NCBI GenBank assembly: GCA_965204035.1
Contig: OZ241964.1
Coordinates: 1,905,251-1,969,250, forward strand
DNA: 64,000 nucleotides
Direction of reading: 5' to 3'
Source: Thermodesulfobacteriota bacterium
Lineage (GTDB): Bacteria; Desulfobacterota_D; UBA1144; Nemesobacterales; Nemesobacteraceae
Made by a program: the position numbers and the translations under genes
Part shown: one piece after another, positions 35,861-46,800 of the stretch
How the letters are laid out: every line of letters begins with the position of its first letter
How positions within the stretch are numbered: the first letter of the stretch is position 1
The notes under the pieces: model-generated
Told to the model about the DNA's origin: nothing
What the model saw: the letters and a program-made list of their open reading frames with translations, nothing else
Database searches by the model: none

Positions 35861-38205
35861 GCGCCGTGAAAAAACTTCTCCCCGGGATACTTTTTCTTCT
35901 GCTGGCCGCCATGGCCCCGCTTCGCCCTTGTGTTGCGGTCACGGTCGAGGAAATATACGACGATGACGCAGGTAAGGGGTTCAAGGACGGAACCAGCCTG
36001 ACGCAGACCGAAAAGAATCGTATCTCTCCGAGCGGAAACGACGCGCAGACCTTGGGGGAAGCGAGAACAAAGGCTTTTGAATACGCCACATCTCTTCTCG
36101 AGAGCACTCTGACTAACTCAAGCACGATCAGGATAAGCGCGAAATTCGTGATTTTTTCGGGCCAGGAGAATCCGAACAATCCCGATGAATGCCGACAGAC
36201 TCTAACAGGCCGCACAAGCCTAGCCTCCGCAGGACCGAGAGGCTACGCCTATCCCGGGAGAAGGCTTGACCAAGGAGACGTAAATCGTGTGGGGCTCGGA
36301 ACCGCTTATCCCCACGCGCTTCACGAAGCCATCGGGGGGAGGAACCTCAACTCGCAGGAGGCCGATCTCGCAATATTTTTCAGCGAGTGCGTTCCGTTTC
36401 ATTACGGGTTTACGGGACCGGTGCCGGCCCGTCATGTAGATTTCGTCAGGATTGCCCTGCATGAGATCATGCACGGGATAGGGTTCCTCTCTCAGGTCGG
36501 AAACGACGGAAGTTTTCCTGAACTATCCATTACTGCCTTCAGTACGGTAAACGGGGTAACCACCTCGCGGCAAATCAACATAAAATCGCGGACTATCTAC
36601 GATGAGCAGCTGTATTCGGAGAGCCACGACGATCTTCTGATAAATCTTGGAAACAGAGAGAGAGCGGCGGCGATCATTTCCGGCACCGGCCTTCTCTGGG
36701 AAGGAACCGACGGCGGCAGAAACAGCTGCAGTTACGGGCAGCGGATGACCGAACTCAAAGCAAGCTCCGCCAGGTCCCAAGACGGCAAACCTCGGCTCCA
36801 CGCTCCCTCGGCCTATAGGGACGGCGCATCCGTTTCACACACTCACGATAACGCAGAAGATATCATGGAAGCCCTTTACCCCTTCCCGCAAAACATGGAT
36901 CTCACCTTGGGCATGCTGAAGGACATTGGATGGAGCGTAAGCGCCGATGGTTTCCCGCCCGGCTGCGAGCCTACGGGAATCGGGGTTAGGGTGACAGATT
37001 CCGTAACCACCGAGGGAGGAAAGGAAGCGATGTTCGAGGTAAGGCTTGAATCGGAGCCCACAGAAAACATAGTGATCCCGTTAACGAACAGCGATCCGTC
37101 CGAGGGAACCCTCTCCACGCCCGAGCTCGTGTTCACTCCCCAGGACTGGGATATGCCCCGGGAAGTGACGGTAAGAGGCGTGGACGACGGTTTGAGAGAC
37201 GGGACCCAAGGCTACCTCATAACGCTTGAGGACGCGCGAAGCGGCGACAGGTTCTATAGCGGCTTCACTCCCTCGCCCCGGATCATTTCTCTTAGAAACG
37301 AAGATAACGAACCGCCGCCACCACAGCTACAGCCACCACAGCTACAGCCACCACAGCCACCGCCGCCACAGCCACCGCCGCCAACGGTAACGGTATCTTT
37401 TGATTCATCTTCCTACAGCGTCAGCGAAGGCGAAGCAGTGACTGTGGGGATAACGTTGAGTGCGGATCCTGAGCGTACCGTTACAATCCCGATTGCCGTC
37501 GATGAGGCAACCACTGCCGACTCAGGAGAATATTCCCTGTCTTCGACAAGCGTAACATTCGCAAGCGGCGAGATCTCGAAAAATATCACCCTGACCGCTG
37601 CTGATGATGATGCTGATGATGACGGCAAAACGGTGGTTCTTGCTTTCGGAACACTTCCCCCAAGAGTCTCCAGAGGCACGCAGGACTCCGCCACGGTAAC
37701 CATTTTGGACAATGACGACCCTGACGTATCGGTACAGTTCGCCTCGTCCGCTTACAGCGTCACAGAAGGCGAGACGGTTGCCGTGCAGATAACCCTTAGC
37801 GCGGACCCCGAGCGTACAGTGACAATCCCGATTGCCGTCGATCGGGCAACCACTGCCGCCACCGAGGACTACTCCCTGCAATCGGCAAGCGTCGCGTTTG
37901 AAAGCGGAGAAACTTCGAAGGACGTCACCCTGACCGCCGCGGATGATGACCTCGACGATGACGACGAGAGCGTGGAACTGGGTTTCGGGACACTTCCCGA
38001 AGGAGTCAGTGCGGGAGAAAGAGACCGGACCACGATAACCATCCTAGACAATGACGTGGCGGAAAGCGGAGGAGGCGGGTGCGCCATCGCAACGGAAACA
38101 GGCCATGGGGTTGCCGCGGTGAATCTGCTCCTGATCGTAACTGTCCTGTTTTCTGTCCTCTTGCGTAGCTCAGCAAACCAACCGTGTTACGGCGAAAGCC
38201 GCTAA
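35848..38205 (+). CDS. secreted M8 (leishmanolysin-like) zinc metalloprotease with Pro/Gln linker, two Calx-beta-like repeats and a C-terminal Gly-Cys + TM + basic sorting signal
   Basis: Signal peptide. HEIMHGIGF is the HExxHxxGF zinc motif typical of peptidase M8. PPPPQLQPPQLQPPQPPPPQPPPP linker. Two ~110-aa repeats (VTVSFDSSSYSVSEGEAVTV... / VSVQFASSAYSVTEGETVAV...). C-terminus GGGGCAIATETGHGVAAVNLLLIVTVLFSVLLRS. Confidence 0.5.
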   Translation: MQSLSAVKKLLPGILFLLLAAMAPLRPCVAVTVEEIYDDDAGKGFKDGTSLTQTEKNRISPSGNDAQTLGEARTKAFEYATSLLESTLTNSSTIRISAKFVIFSGQENPNNPDECRQTLTGRTSLASAGPRGYAYPGRRLDQGDVNRVGLGTAYPHALHEAIGGRNLNSQEADLAIFFSECVPFHYGFTGPVPARHVDFVRIALHEIMHGIGFLSQVGNDGSFPELSITAFSTVNGVTTSRQINIKSRTIYDEQLYSESHDDLLINLGNRERAAAIISGTGLLWEGTDGGRNSCSYGQRMTELKASSARSQDGKPRLHAPSAYRDGASVSHTHDNAEDIMEALYPFPQNMDLTLGMLKDIGWSVSADGFPPGCEPTGIGVRVTDSVTTEGGKEAMFEVRLESEPTENIVIPLTNSDPSEGTLSTPELVFTPQDWDMPREVTVRGVDDGLRDGTQGYLITLEDARSGDRFYSGFTPSPRIISLRNEDNEPPPPQLQPPQLQPPQPPPPQPPPPTVTVSFDSSSYSVSEGEAVTVGITLSADPERTVTIPIAVDEATTADSGEYSLSSTSVTFASGEISKNITLTAADDDADDDGKTVVLAFGTLPPRVSRGTQDSATVTILDNDDPDVSVQFASSAYSVTEGETVAVQITLSADPERTVTIPIAVDRATTAATEDYSLQSASVAFESGETSKDVTLTAADDDLDDDDESVELGFGTLPEGVSAGERDRTTITILDNDVAESGGGGCAIATETGHGVAAVNLLLIVTVLFSVLLRSSANQPCYGESR

Positions 38206-38274
38206 CTCAGCCGCGCACCACCCGAAATATCCCTTCTTGCCTTATTTCCTGTTTTGTATTACATTATAGTTATT

Positions 38275-39264
38275 ATGTCCAGGAAAAATATCTTCCTCGC
38301 CCTGCTCATCGGGACTTTTTTCCTGAGTGCCGCAAGGGACGCTGCCGCGTCGGCCAAATGCGGCGGGAGGTTCTTTAACCCGGTTTCGGACGTTGATTGG
38401 GGAGCGATGTTCCCGATAAAGATAGGGGGAGTAGCCATAACACCGGGTGAAAGGACCGACACGGTGAGTCATTTTCCGCTCTGTTTCTGCGGATCCCCCG
38501 TCCCCCGGGTCGGAATAAAGGTTTCGTTCTGGGAACCGGTGAAGCTGGTTGAGGTCGTAAGGCACCCCGGATGCTTCCCTTCGCTCGGGGGCAGAAAGCT
38601 TCCCCTTCCCTCCTTCGCCATGGCGGGGACATACGGGGAGGGAGGCGGGCAGCGTGGGGACAGGACCTCGTTTCTTCACGTCCACCACTTTCTCTACCCG
38701 GTGTTCTCCGTGCTTAACCTTTTTTCAAGTTTCGGGTGCATGACCCAGGGAGGATTCGACCTCGCATACCTCACGGCGTTTGATCCTCTCTGGAGCAACG
38801 ACGAGCTTTCGTTTCTGCTCCACCCCGAGATAGCGCTCGTGGCTAATCCCGCAGCCCAGGCATCGTGCGCCACGGACGCCGTGGCCGCCGCGGGGGGCTT
38901 TGGGATAAACGAGCTTTTCTGGTGCGCGGGATCCTGGGGAAGCGTCTACCCCCATACGGGGAACAACGGGGCCACGGGCGACCTCCCGGCCGTCTACGCG
39001 CTTTCGGCCGTAAAGCTGCTCGCGAAACTGCATAACGAACTTCTGGCGTTTAAGACCACGGGAGAAGGGTCTCTGTGCGCCGCGCAGCCTCACCGCGTAA
39101 TAGTGAAAGACCAGTACAAGCTTCAGCTCGCATTTCCGAAGAACACGCGGGCGTTCCCCATAGGGAGGGCGACGGCCCGCTGGGCTCCCGGCAAATGGTA
39201 CCCCGGGCAGGGAGAAGACTGGGTATGGGTGCTATGGAGAAAAAAAGATTGCTGCCTGCTCTGA
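38275..39264 (+). CDS. traU: F-type T4SS protein TraU
   Basis: Signal peptide then KCGGRFFNPVSDVDWGAMFPIKIGG, matching the TraU N-terminal C.G.F.NP..D..W signature. About 330 aa. Confidence 0.7.
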   Translation: MSRKNIFLALLIGTFFLSAARDAAASAKCGGRFFNPVSDVDWGAMFPIKIGGVAITPGERTDTVSHFPLCFCGSPVPRVGIKVSFWEPVKLVEVVRHPGCFPSLGGRKLPLPSFAMAGTYGEGGGQRGDRTSFLHVHHFLYPVFSVLNLFSSFGCMTQGGFDLAYLTAFDPLWSNDELSFLLHPEIALVANPAAQASCATDAVAAAGGFGINELFWCAGSWGSVYPHTGNNGATGDLPAVYALSAVKLLAKLHNELLAFKTTGEGSLCAAQPHRVIVKDQYKLQLAFPKNTRAFPIGRATARWAPGKWYPGQGEDWVWVLWRKKDCCLL

Positions 39265-39947
39265 TAGCGGTGGCGGTGGCCTTTACGGCAACGGCCTCCG
39301 CAACCGCAGAAAATCCCGCTTCGCTTAAGGGAGTAAGAACCAGCCCCGGCGAAGCAGAGCTCTCCCGCGTGAAAAAGCTTCTGGGGAACCTCAAGGAGCC
39401 CGATACGCAAGGGGCCGAGAAAACCCTCTCAGAGATAAGAAACAATTCCCCCGGGGAAAAAGAAACCGAAGAAATAATGGAACTGCTGTCGGCTAAACCC
39501 CAACCCGCGACGGCTCTTTCTGAAAAAAAGGCAGGAGCAGGAAGCGGGAACTCAAGGCTTTTTTACTTTTTCTCATTCTCGATGCCGCGCCTATCTCTGC
39601 GCGAAGCGGCGAGGGAAAGCGCGGCCGGCGGAGCGGTGATGGTTCTCCGGGGACTTTCGGGAGAAGACCTCGGGGGAACCGTCTCGCGGATATCCGAGGT
39701 CATAGGGAAAACCGGAGCGCAGGTATGGATAGACCCCCTTCTTTTCGAATGCTTCTCCGTAGGGGCCGTGCCGCAGACCGTACTTGCCCACGCCCACCTG
39801 CCGGGAGCGGACTGCGAGGGTCTGCGCCACGTAAAGGTTTCGGGGGACGTATCGCTTCCCTACGCTCTCGGGCTTATGGAAAAGGAGGATGCAAATGCCG
39901 GGATATTTATCGAACGGCTCAATAAAAACGGCTTTTACGGTGATTAG
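39225..39947 (+). CDS. trbC: F-type pilus assembly protein TrbC
   Basis: Starts within the end of traU (in-frame ATG at 39225 or 39234). Signal peptide (LLPALIAVAVAFTATASA). Position between traU and traN as in F. Confidence 0.45.
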   Translation: MGAMEKKRLLPALIAVAVAFTATASATAENPASLKGVRTSPGEAELSRVKKLLGNLKEPDTQGAEKTLSEIRNNSPGEKETEEIMELLSAKPQPATALSEKKAGAGSGNSRLFYFFSFSMPRLSLREAARESAAGGAVMVLRGLSGEDLGGTVSRISEVIGKTGAQVWIDPLLFECFSVGAVPQTVLAHAHLPGADCEGLRHVKVSGDVSLPYALGLMEKEDANAGIFIERLNKNGFYGD

Positions 39948-41628
39948 CCTCCTGCTCCTGCCGACTGTTGCGGCGCGTGCCGGGGAAGACTTCGAGGCGG
40001 GCCTCCGGGAGGGGCGCCTCCACGGAACTGAAATGCTGTCGCGCCACTCGCAAACCCTGAGTCCGTCAGAGATAGAGCCCGAAGCGCTTCCGGGCTACGA
40101 AACGCAGACCCGGCAGGAATTTCGCCAGGAGGGGTCCCGGTGGACCGGGGATCCCGAGGGGATGAAGACCGAAGCGGGAGGGAAGATACGGGGAGGGGAT
40201 CCTGCCACCTCCGACGCCGCCGGGTTTCTCAAGCGAAGCTCCGCGCAGAGGCCCGCGTTCACCATAGACCCCGAAACGGACCCCATGATCGCAGGCTCCA
40301 AGCGCGCAATCGAGGCCCCCTTGTCTTCTTCATGCGAGAAAAAGGAAGTATGCATCGAGTACGCGGAGAGCTTATGGAACGAACAAAAAGAGTGCTACGA
40401 GGAGGCGACGCTCAGCAGACATTACTGCAACGTGAAAAAGACCGTTACCGTGATCCCCCGGGACACCGAGTCCCGACGGAGAGCCGCACACACTGCCACC
40501 GAAACCACGCACGAAACGCGTATTGAGACCGACGACGGCTGCGCGGACCTCGCAGCGGCCGGAAACTGCGAAACCTTCAGGAACCGCTGCCTCGGGACCA
40601 CCCGGACTCCGGACGGAGAAACCGTCTGCCTAAACAGGGAATACACCTACCTCTGCGCAAGCCCCCTCACCGAAGGCCCCGACTGCGCGGAGCTGCGTGC
40701 CGAGGGCTGCCACCAGACCTGGGCGCGCTGCGTCATGAGGTTTCGCGAGCACCCCGAGTTCCCCGACCCGGCGGGGACGGATCTCGGGGTATGCCTTATC
40801 CAGGAAAACACCTATGACTGCCCGAAAAACATGAGCCTCTGCCGGAAAAAGAGCGTCGCGCTTGACTGCGGCGGGGAAATCCGCTGCGCCTCGGGAGAGG
40901 ACTGCTTCGATACCTCTACGGAGCAGAACACCGATTTTCCCAAGGTGGCGTCGCGCATGGCAATGCTCGCCGACATGGAGCGCTGCCTCGCGACGACCGC
41001 GGACGGCGAGAGTTCCGCCGAGGGATACGGACCCATCGAGGTCGACGGGACGACGGGAGCGACCGCGGGACCGATCGACTGCGCGGACACCTCGGGCGGG
41101 AGAGTGACGATATTCAAGGGAAAACGCTACCGCTGCGATCTCAATCTCGCGGGATTCATACAGAACTGCTGCAGGAAAAAGGGGCTTTTCTCGGGCGCGT
41201 GTCCCAAGAGCACAAAAGAGCTTCGCGCGAGAAGGGACGATGCGGGGGCCTGCCATTACGTCGGTATCCACAAGAAGAAGGTGCTGGGAGTGACGCTAAA
41301 GAAAAGAAAGGTTTACTGCTGCTTTAATTCCAGGATGGCAAGGGTGATCCACGAGCAGGCAAGGGGACAGCTCATGGAAAAAGGGCTCTGGGCAACGGCC
41401 AGAAACGGCGGCTGGGGCGGTGCCAAGAATCCTCTTTGCGGAGGGATGACCGCGGAGCAGCTCCAGGAAATAGACTTTGACGCGGTGGATTTCTCCGAGA
41501 TTTACGCGGACCTCCTTGACGCCGCCGATATCCCCGACCTTGCGGATGTGACCGAGAGCACAGAAGAGGATATCGAGGATCTCTGCCCGGACGGGTCGCC
41601 TGGCTGCAGCGGGGAGGTGGAACAGTGA
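39889..41628 (+). CDS. traN: F-type mating-pair stabilisation protein TraN (Cys-rich)
   Basis: Signal peptide. Over 25 Cys in characteristic clusters (CYEEATLSRHYC; CLNREYTYLCASPLTEGPDCAELRAEGCHQTWARC). Size and position. Confidence 0.6.
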   Translation: MQMPGYLSNGSIKTAFTVISLLLLPTVAARAGEDFEAGLREGRLHGTEMLSRHSQTLSPSEIEPEALPGYETQTRQEFRQEGSRWTGDPEGMKTEAGGKIRGGDPATSDAAGFLKRSSAQRPAFTIDPETDPMIAGSKRAIEAPLSSSCEKKEVCIEYAESLWNEQKECYEEATLSRHYCNVKKTVTVIPRDTESRRRAAHTATETTHETRIETDDGCADLAAAGNCETFRNRCLGTTRTPDGETVCLNREYTYLCASPLTEGPDCAELRAEGCHQTWARCVMRFREHPEFPDPAGTDLGVCLIQENTYDCPKNMSLCRKKSVALDCGGEIRCASGEDCFDTSTEQNTDFPKVASRMAMLADMERCLATTADGESSAEGYGPIEVDGTTGATAGPIDCADTSGGRVTIFKGKRYRCDLNLAGFIQNCCRKKGLFSGACPKSTKELRARRDDAGACHYVGIHKKKVLGVTLKKRKVYCCFNSRMARVIHEQARGQLMEKGLWATARNGGWGGAKNPLCGGMTAEQLQEIDFDAVDFSEIYADLLDAADIPDLADVTESTEEDIEDLCPDGSPGCSGEVEQ

Positions 41629-42425
41629 GAGCGATCCTCGCAACGCTGGCCGCCGCATTTTTTGTTCTCTCCCCGGAGCCCGCAGTGCCTGGAGAACCGT
41701 ATTTCGACCAGAAGGAGCGGGGCTGGTTCTGGTATGAACCTCTCCCTCCGCGCACGGAGGAGGCGCGGCCCGGAACCTCCGGGAGGAAGCTAACCGTAAA
41801 AGGGATAAGGGAAAGGGGAGAGAGGCTTTTTGAGGACGCCCTTCTCTCCCCGACCAAAGAGAACGTGAGGGAGTACATGGAGCACCAGAAACAGGTACTT
41901 GAGCGAAGCGAGGAATTCGCGCGTGTCTGGAAACGGGTCCTTTGGGAGAGCCCGGCGCTTGACTCGACGGTCGATAATCCCGTAAGCGCCGCGGGAGCCG
42001 AGATCTCAAGAAATCTCAGAAAAACCGCCCGCGACGGCGTGATCGAGAAAATATCCCGGGTCGGAAAGCTCGTTTTCTTTTTCCGTTCGGACTGCCCGTT
42101 TTGCCGCGGGCAGGCGGAGATCATAAAAACACTTGAGAGGAGGCATGGGATCGGGGTCCTGGCGGCGTCCCTTGACGGAAGGGGGCTTCACCCTCTCTAC
42201 CCGCATTTTGTAAACGGCGCGGCGCAGGCCGCGCGTCTTGGAGTCGAGCAGGTGCCGGCGCTTTTCCTGTTTGTCCCCTCGCAGAGAAAGATCGCCCGGA
42301 TAGGCACGGGCTACCTCACTCTCGGCGAAATAAGGCGAAGGCTCCACGTAGTTGGAGAGGAAGTGCTCGGAACGGGACGTGAGGAGGACAAAGAACTTTT
42401 CCTGCTCGGCGGGGAGGGAACATGA
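41625..42425 (+). CDS. traF: F-type T4SS thioredoxin-fold protein TraF (TrbB-like; CPFC motif present)
   Basis: Signal peptide. LVFFFRSDCPFCRGQAEIIKTLERRHG thioredoxin-like CxxC. Order traN-traF-traH. Confidence 0.55.
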   Translation: MRAILATLAAAFFVLSPEPAVPGEPYFDQKERGWFWYEPLPPRTEEARPGTSGRKLTVKGIRERGERLFEDALLSPTKENVREYMEHQKQVLERSEEFARVWKRVLWESPALDSTVDNPVSAAGAEISRNLRKTARDGVIEKISRVGKLVFFFRSDCPFCRGQAEIIKTLERRHGIGVLAASLDGRGLHPLYPHFVNGAAQAARLGVEQVPALFLFVPSQRKIARIGTGYLTLGEIRRRLHVVGEEVLGTGREEDKELFLLGGEGT

Positions 42426-43822
42426 GAAAAACATTCCTTGGGATAATATTTGTTTTCGCCCTCATTCTCCCGCCCCGTGTCTGCCTGGCCGATCTCGGGA
42501 GCGAGGTCCGCGGCATGTTCGACCGCCTCGGGCTCTCGGGGACCGCCACGTCGGCCGGGGTCTACGAGGGGCAGTCAAGGGGATTCGTCACGGGAGGCTC
42601 GGTCTCGGTAAGGCTTCCCAACGAAACCATACAGCCGCTTTCCGTGAGCCTCCCGCATCTTCGCTCGGGGTGCGGAGGGGTGGATCTTTTCCTGGGAGCG
42701 ATCTCCTACATAAGCGCGGACGACCTCATACGGAAGATGAAGGCCATAGGGACGTCGTTTTCAAGCTACGCGTTCATGATGGCGCTTAAGACGCTCTGCT
42801 CCCCGTGCGAGAACATAATGGAAAAGCTCGAGGCCGCCTCGCGCGCCGCAAACTCCCTCAGTGTCGACACGTGCAGGGCGGGGGAGAGCCTCGCCGAGGG
42901 AATATTCGGGCAAGGAGGAATAATCAGGGGAGAGCAGGCGGGGCGCTGCGCGTTCGTGGGAGTCAGGCAGTCACTTTTCACCGACCCGGCGGAGGGGCTC
43001 TCCGAATGCCGCACCCAAAGCGGGATAACAAACACCGTCGCGGACATAAACGCGGGCACCGTCGCGCAGGACAAGGAGCTGGTAAAGCCGACCAGAAACA
43101 CGGTGTGGGAGGCGCTTCGGACCATTCCTCCGGGAACCCTCTCAAAGGAGCAAAAAGAGCAGGTGATGAGCGTCACGGGAACTTTCATAATCACGCAGAC
43201 GCACTCTGAGTACAAGCCCCCGACCATAAGCCTCGAGTACCTCGCGGGCGGAGGCGGCGCGGGGAAGGTGTATGACTGCGGGTCGGACCCCGATTGCGCG
43301 GCGCCCGCAACAGCACCTGTCGGGGCGAGCTTCAAGCCGTTTTCAGAACTTGTCTCGGAGAAACTGCTTGAGGCCCACGCTTCCATAGTCGGAAACCGCC
43401 GCCCGCAGGACGATACCGTCAGGTTTCTCGACGCGCTGCCCTTTCCCGCGTGGAAGCTTCTCTCCTCGGCCGGGGCGGTGGATCCCGAGATAGGCGGAAC
43501 CTACGTCTCCGCGCTTGCGAGGCCGATAGCGGTGTTCTCCGTGGCGGCGTGGCTTGAGCGGGCGGAACGAAGCCTCTGGAGCGGCGTCGGGAGCTCCGAG
43601 AGAAAGGGAACGCTCTCCGCGATGGACAGAAAAAAGATCGCCGAGCGGATGAGGATGCTCCGCGAGGAGATCTCGCTCATGATGGAGCAGGAGAACACGA
43701 AGATAGAGGAGCTTGTCTACGCCCTCTCCATAATAGAGCACCTTGACTCCCGGTCCCCGGTGGTGTTCGAGAGAAAAAGCCGCCACAAGGCGGGCGACGA
43801 GGTGATACAGGGTGCCGACTGA
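42422..43822 (+). CDS. traH: F-type T4SS protein TraH
   Basis: Signal peptide. GGSVSVRLPNETIQPLSVSLPHLRSGCGGVDLFLGAISYI matches the TraH signature (SLP...aGCGGIDlF.G..S.I). Confidence 0.7.
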   Translation: MRKTFLGIIFVFALILPPRVCLADLGSEVRGMFDRLGLSGTATSAGVYEGQSRGFVTGGSVSVRLPNETIQPLSVSLPHLRSGCGGVDLFLGAISYISADDLIRKMKAIGTSFSSYAFMMALKTLCSPCENIMEKLEAASRAANSLSVDTCRAGESLAEGIFGQGGIIRGEQAGRCAFVGVRQSLFTDPAEGLSECRTQSGITNTVADINAGTVAQDKELVKPTRNTVWEALRTIPPGTLSKEQKEQVMSVTGTFIITQTHSEYKPPTISLEYLAGGGGAGKVYDCGSDPDCAAPATAPVGASFKPFSELVSEKLLEAHASIVGNRRPQDDTVRFLDALPFPAWKLLSSAGAVDPEIGGTYVSALARPIAVFSVAAWLERAERSLWSGVGSSERKGTLSAMDRKKIAERMRMLREEISLMMEQENTKIEELVYALSIIEHLDSRSPVVFERKSRHKAGDEVIQGAD

Positions 43823-46800
43823 GGGAACCATGGACGGGGAAAACACGCGCGCCGGGCGCCCGGGGACGGCTTTCGCGCTCGGGACCGCGGCGCTCGCGGG
43901 GGTCCTGCTTTTCCCGGAGACGGCGGGGGCCCAGGGGGGCTTCCAGATAGACACCTACGGAAACGGGCAGTTCATAGCCGAGGTGCTTAACTCCGTAGCG
44001 ATCCTGGCTGGCTCGGGCCTACTGGGTCTCATACGCCTGGGCCTGGTGGCGGGCATACTGCTCGCGGTCCTGTCCTCGTTTTTCGGCGGAAGGACGGCTC
44101 CCGGCCACCAGTTCGCGCTCTCCATACTCATCTACATGATGCTCTTCGGCGTGAAGGTCGACATGGCGGTCTACGACAGGGTGACCTCGTACACGAGGGT
44201 GATATCGTCGGTGCCGGCCGGGGTCGGGATTTTCGCCTGGGCGACCTCGGGGGTCGGAAGCGGTCTCACCAGGGTCATGGAGGGGGCGTTCTCGCTTCCG
44301 GGCGCGCTTCGCTACTCGGAAAACGGGCTGCTCCGCGGGGCCGAGCTAATAAAGCGCTCGACCTCGTTCGCGGTCGCGGAGCCCCATCTCGCCAACACCC
44401 TTGACTCCTTTGTGAGGGAGTGCGGCCTGAAAAGCATAACCTCGGGGCTCGTGAGCCCCGACAGCCTCGAGAAGTCGGCCGATCTTTTCTCCTCCATGGG
44501 AACGGCCAACTACCGTTTCGTGGAACTCCACACAAACGTCGCCCTGCCCGCGGGCGCCTACGCCTCCCCACAGAGCGCGGGGGACTGCTCCGCGGCCGCA
44601 AGGCCCATACTGGCCTACTGCGGGGAAGCGCACGCGGGCGTAAACGCCTGCCTCAACGCCTACTATCCCGGGTGGACGAAGGAGCTTGCCGAGGAATCCG
44701 GGTTCGTCGACCGCCAGACCAACGCAGTCGACACAGCCGGCTTCACGGCGGCCCTTCGTGAATCGTACAGGGAGCTTGCCGGGGTCTCGATGTCCGCAAA
44801 GGACATAATCATCCAGAACGCCCTTATAAACAGCTACTCCCGCTCGATCAAGTCGCTCGCGGTCGCCGGGGGGTCTGAGGCCTCGCTTCTCAGCCTCTCG
44901 ATCGCCGAGGCGCGCGCGAGGCAGAAAAACTCGTTTCTGGTGCTGGGAGAGATGGCCCGCCACACCCTCCCCTACATAAGGGGGCTCCTCCAGGGAATGC
45001 TCTACGGCATATTCCCGGCGGTGATCTTCCTGGCGATGACGCCGCTTGCGGCGCGGATAATCCCCGCCTACCTGATCGCGATGTTCTGGACCGAGCTCTG
45101 GAATCCCATATACGCCATAGTGAACCTGTTCTCAAGCCTGAAGCTCGCAAGGGCGCTCGGTCCCTACACAGACGGCGCCCTCACCGTGATATCGAGGGGC
45201 TCCGTCGTTCACGAGTCCGACATGGCCATGGCGGTCGCGGGGCTTGCGGCCACCATAGTCCCCATGATCGCCTACTACGTCGTCTCGGCAAGCCAGCACG
45301 CCGTGGTGGGGGCCGTGCAGCAGTTCATGGGCCCCACGCAGTCAATCTCGACCCAGACGGCCGGGGCCCACGCCGCGGGAAACATATCGCTTGGAAACGT
45401 GTCGGTCGCGACGGGGCGCTACGACACGGTGACGGCGAACAAGTCCGATGTCGCCCGCGAGTCGGTGACGGGGAGCCTCACCCGCCGCTACGACAATGTC
45501 CACGAGCAGCCGGCCTCAAGCGTGGGAGGGATGCGGATAACGGGAGAAGAGGGCGTCCGGTTCGCGGCAAGGGAGGAGCTTGCCGACACCATGCGGAACA
45601 TGGAGGCAAGCAGGGAGGCGGTAACGGATTCCGCGGCCGCGGCGTCCGTGCGGATGGTCGGGGCCTCGCGCGCGGCCACGGACGAGAGGGGCTACTCCGA
45701 GGCGCTCGGGCTCTCAAGCGCTACGGGCGAGAAGAAGGATCTCGCGACCGTGCTCGAGACGGCCGAGAACCTGCAGAGGCGGTTCGGCCTCTCCCGCCAG
45801 GAGTCGCTCAAGATGTCGTGGGATACCGCGATGGTCTACGAGACGGGGGCGCGGGCTGGAGCTTCCGCGGGGCTTGCGGGCGGAGGCCCCGGGAGAGCGT
45901 CGGTCGGCGCGGGGATAAAGGCGCGGGGAGCGCGCAAGACCGACACGAGCGCGGCCGAGAGGTACGAGGAGGCAAGGGAGTTCGCCTCTAGCTCAAACTC
46001 CCGGGTGAATTTCTCAACGGCTTTCTCCGAGCTTGAGAGCACGCTCACGTCAAGGGAGGCCCGCGAGAGCCTGCAGTTCACGGCCCGGGACTCGGAGGAG
46101 GCGAGGGCCGAGCTTCGCTCCGCGAGAAGCTCCCTTCAGGATTACTCCTCCCAGAGGGAGAGGGCAAGGGCCTACTCAGAAGTGCTCTCGGGGGAGAGCT
46201 CCTTCGGCGCGGGTCTTGAGAGGGAGTACACCCAGGCGGTGTTTGCCGACATGAGGGGGCAGGGCCACTCGGACAGCTACGTGGCCAGGGGACTTACCGA
46301 CCTTCGCGACGGAAGATACGACACCGGGGAAGCGGAAGCCGTCTCCGGATCGATACACAGGGTAACGGGCCTCTCGGAACTTGTCGGCGCGGGAAGGGGA
46401 ACCAGGGAATCGGTCGCCGCGATGCCCGCGGAGGGCTACGGCCTCGGCAACGTCCGCAGATTCGAGGTCGACGCGGAGCAGTCCTTCGGGGAATACAGGA
46501 AGTCTGCCGCGGGGGCCGGTGGCGCCGGGGTGACGCAGACGCAAAGTTCGATAGAGGAGGATTCCGCGGCGATAAGGGAGCAGGTGTCCCGCGCGCGGGA
46601 GCGGGCCCGGGGAAAAATCGAAACCGGCGGGACAAAAACCGCGGAGAATCTTGGGGCTGGGAGAGACGAGATATTCGAGGGCGGGGAGTCTCTTCAGCGT
46701 TCAACTGAAGGGGTGCGGAAGCGTCTTGATAACGCGAGATCGGAGAGCGTTTCCCGGGAACAGGGAATGTCTGAAATCAGAAAGTCTATCGAGAGCAGCA

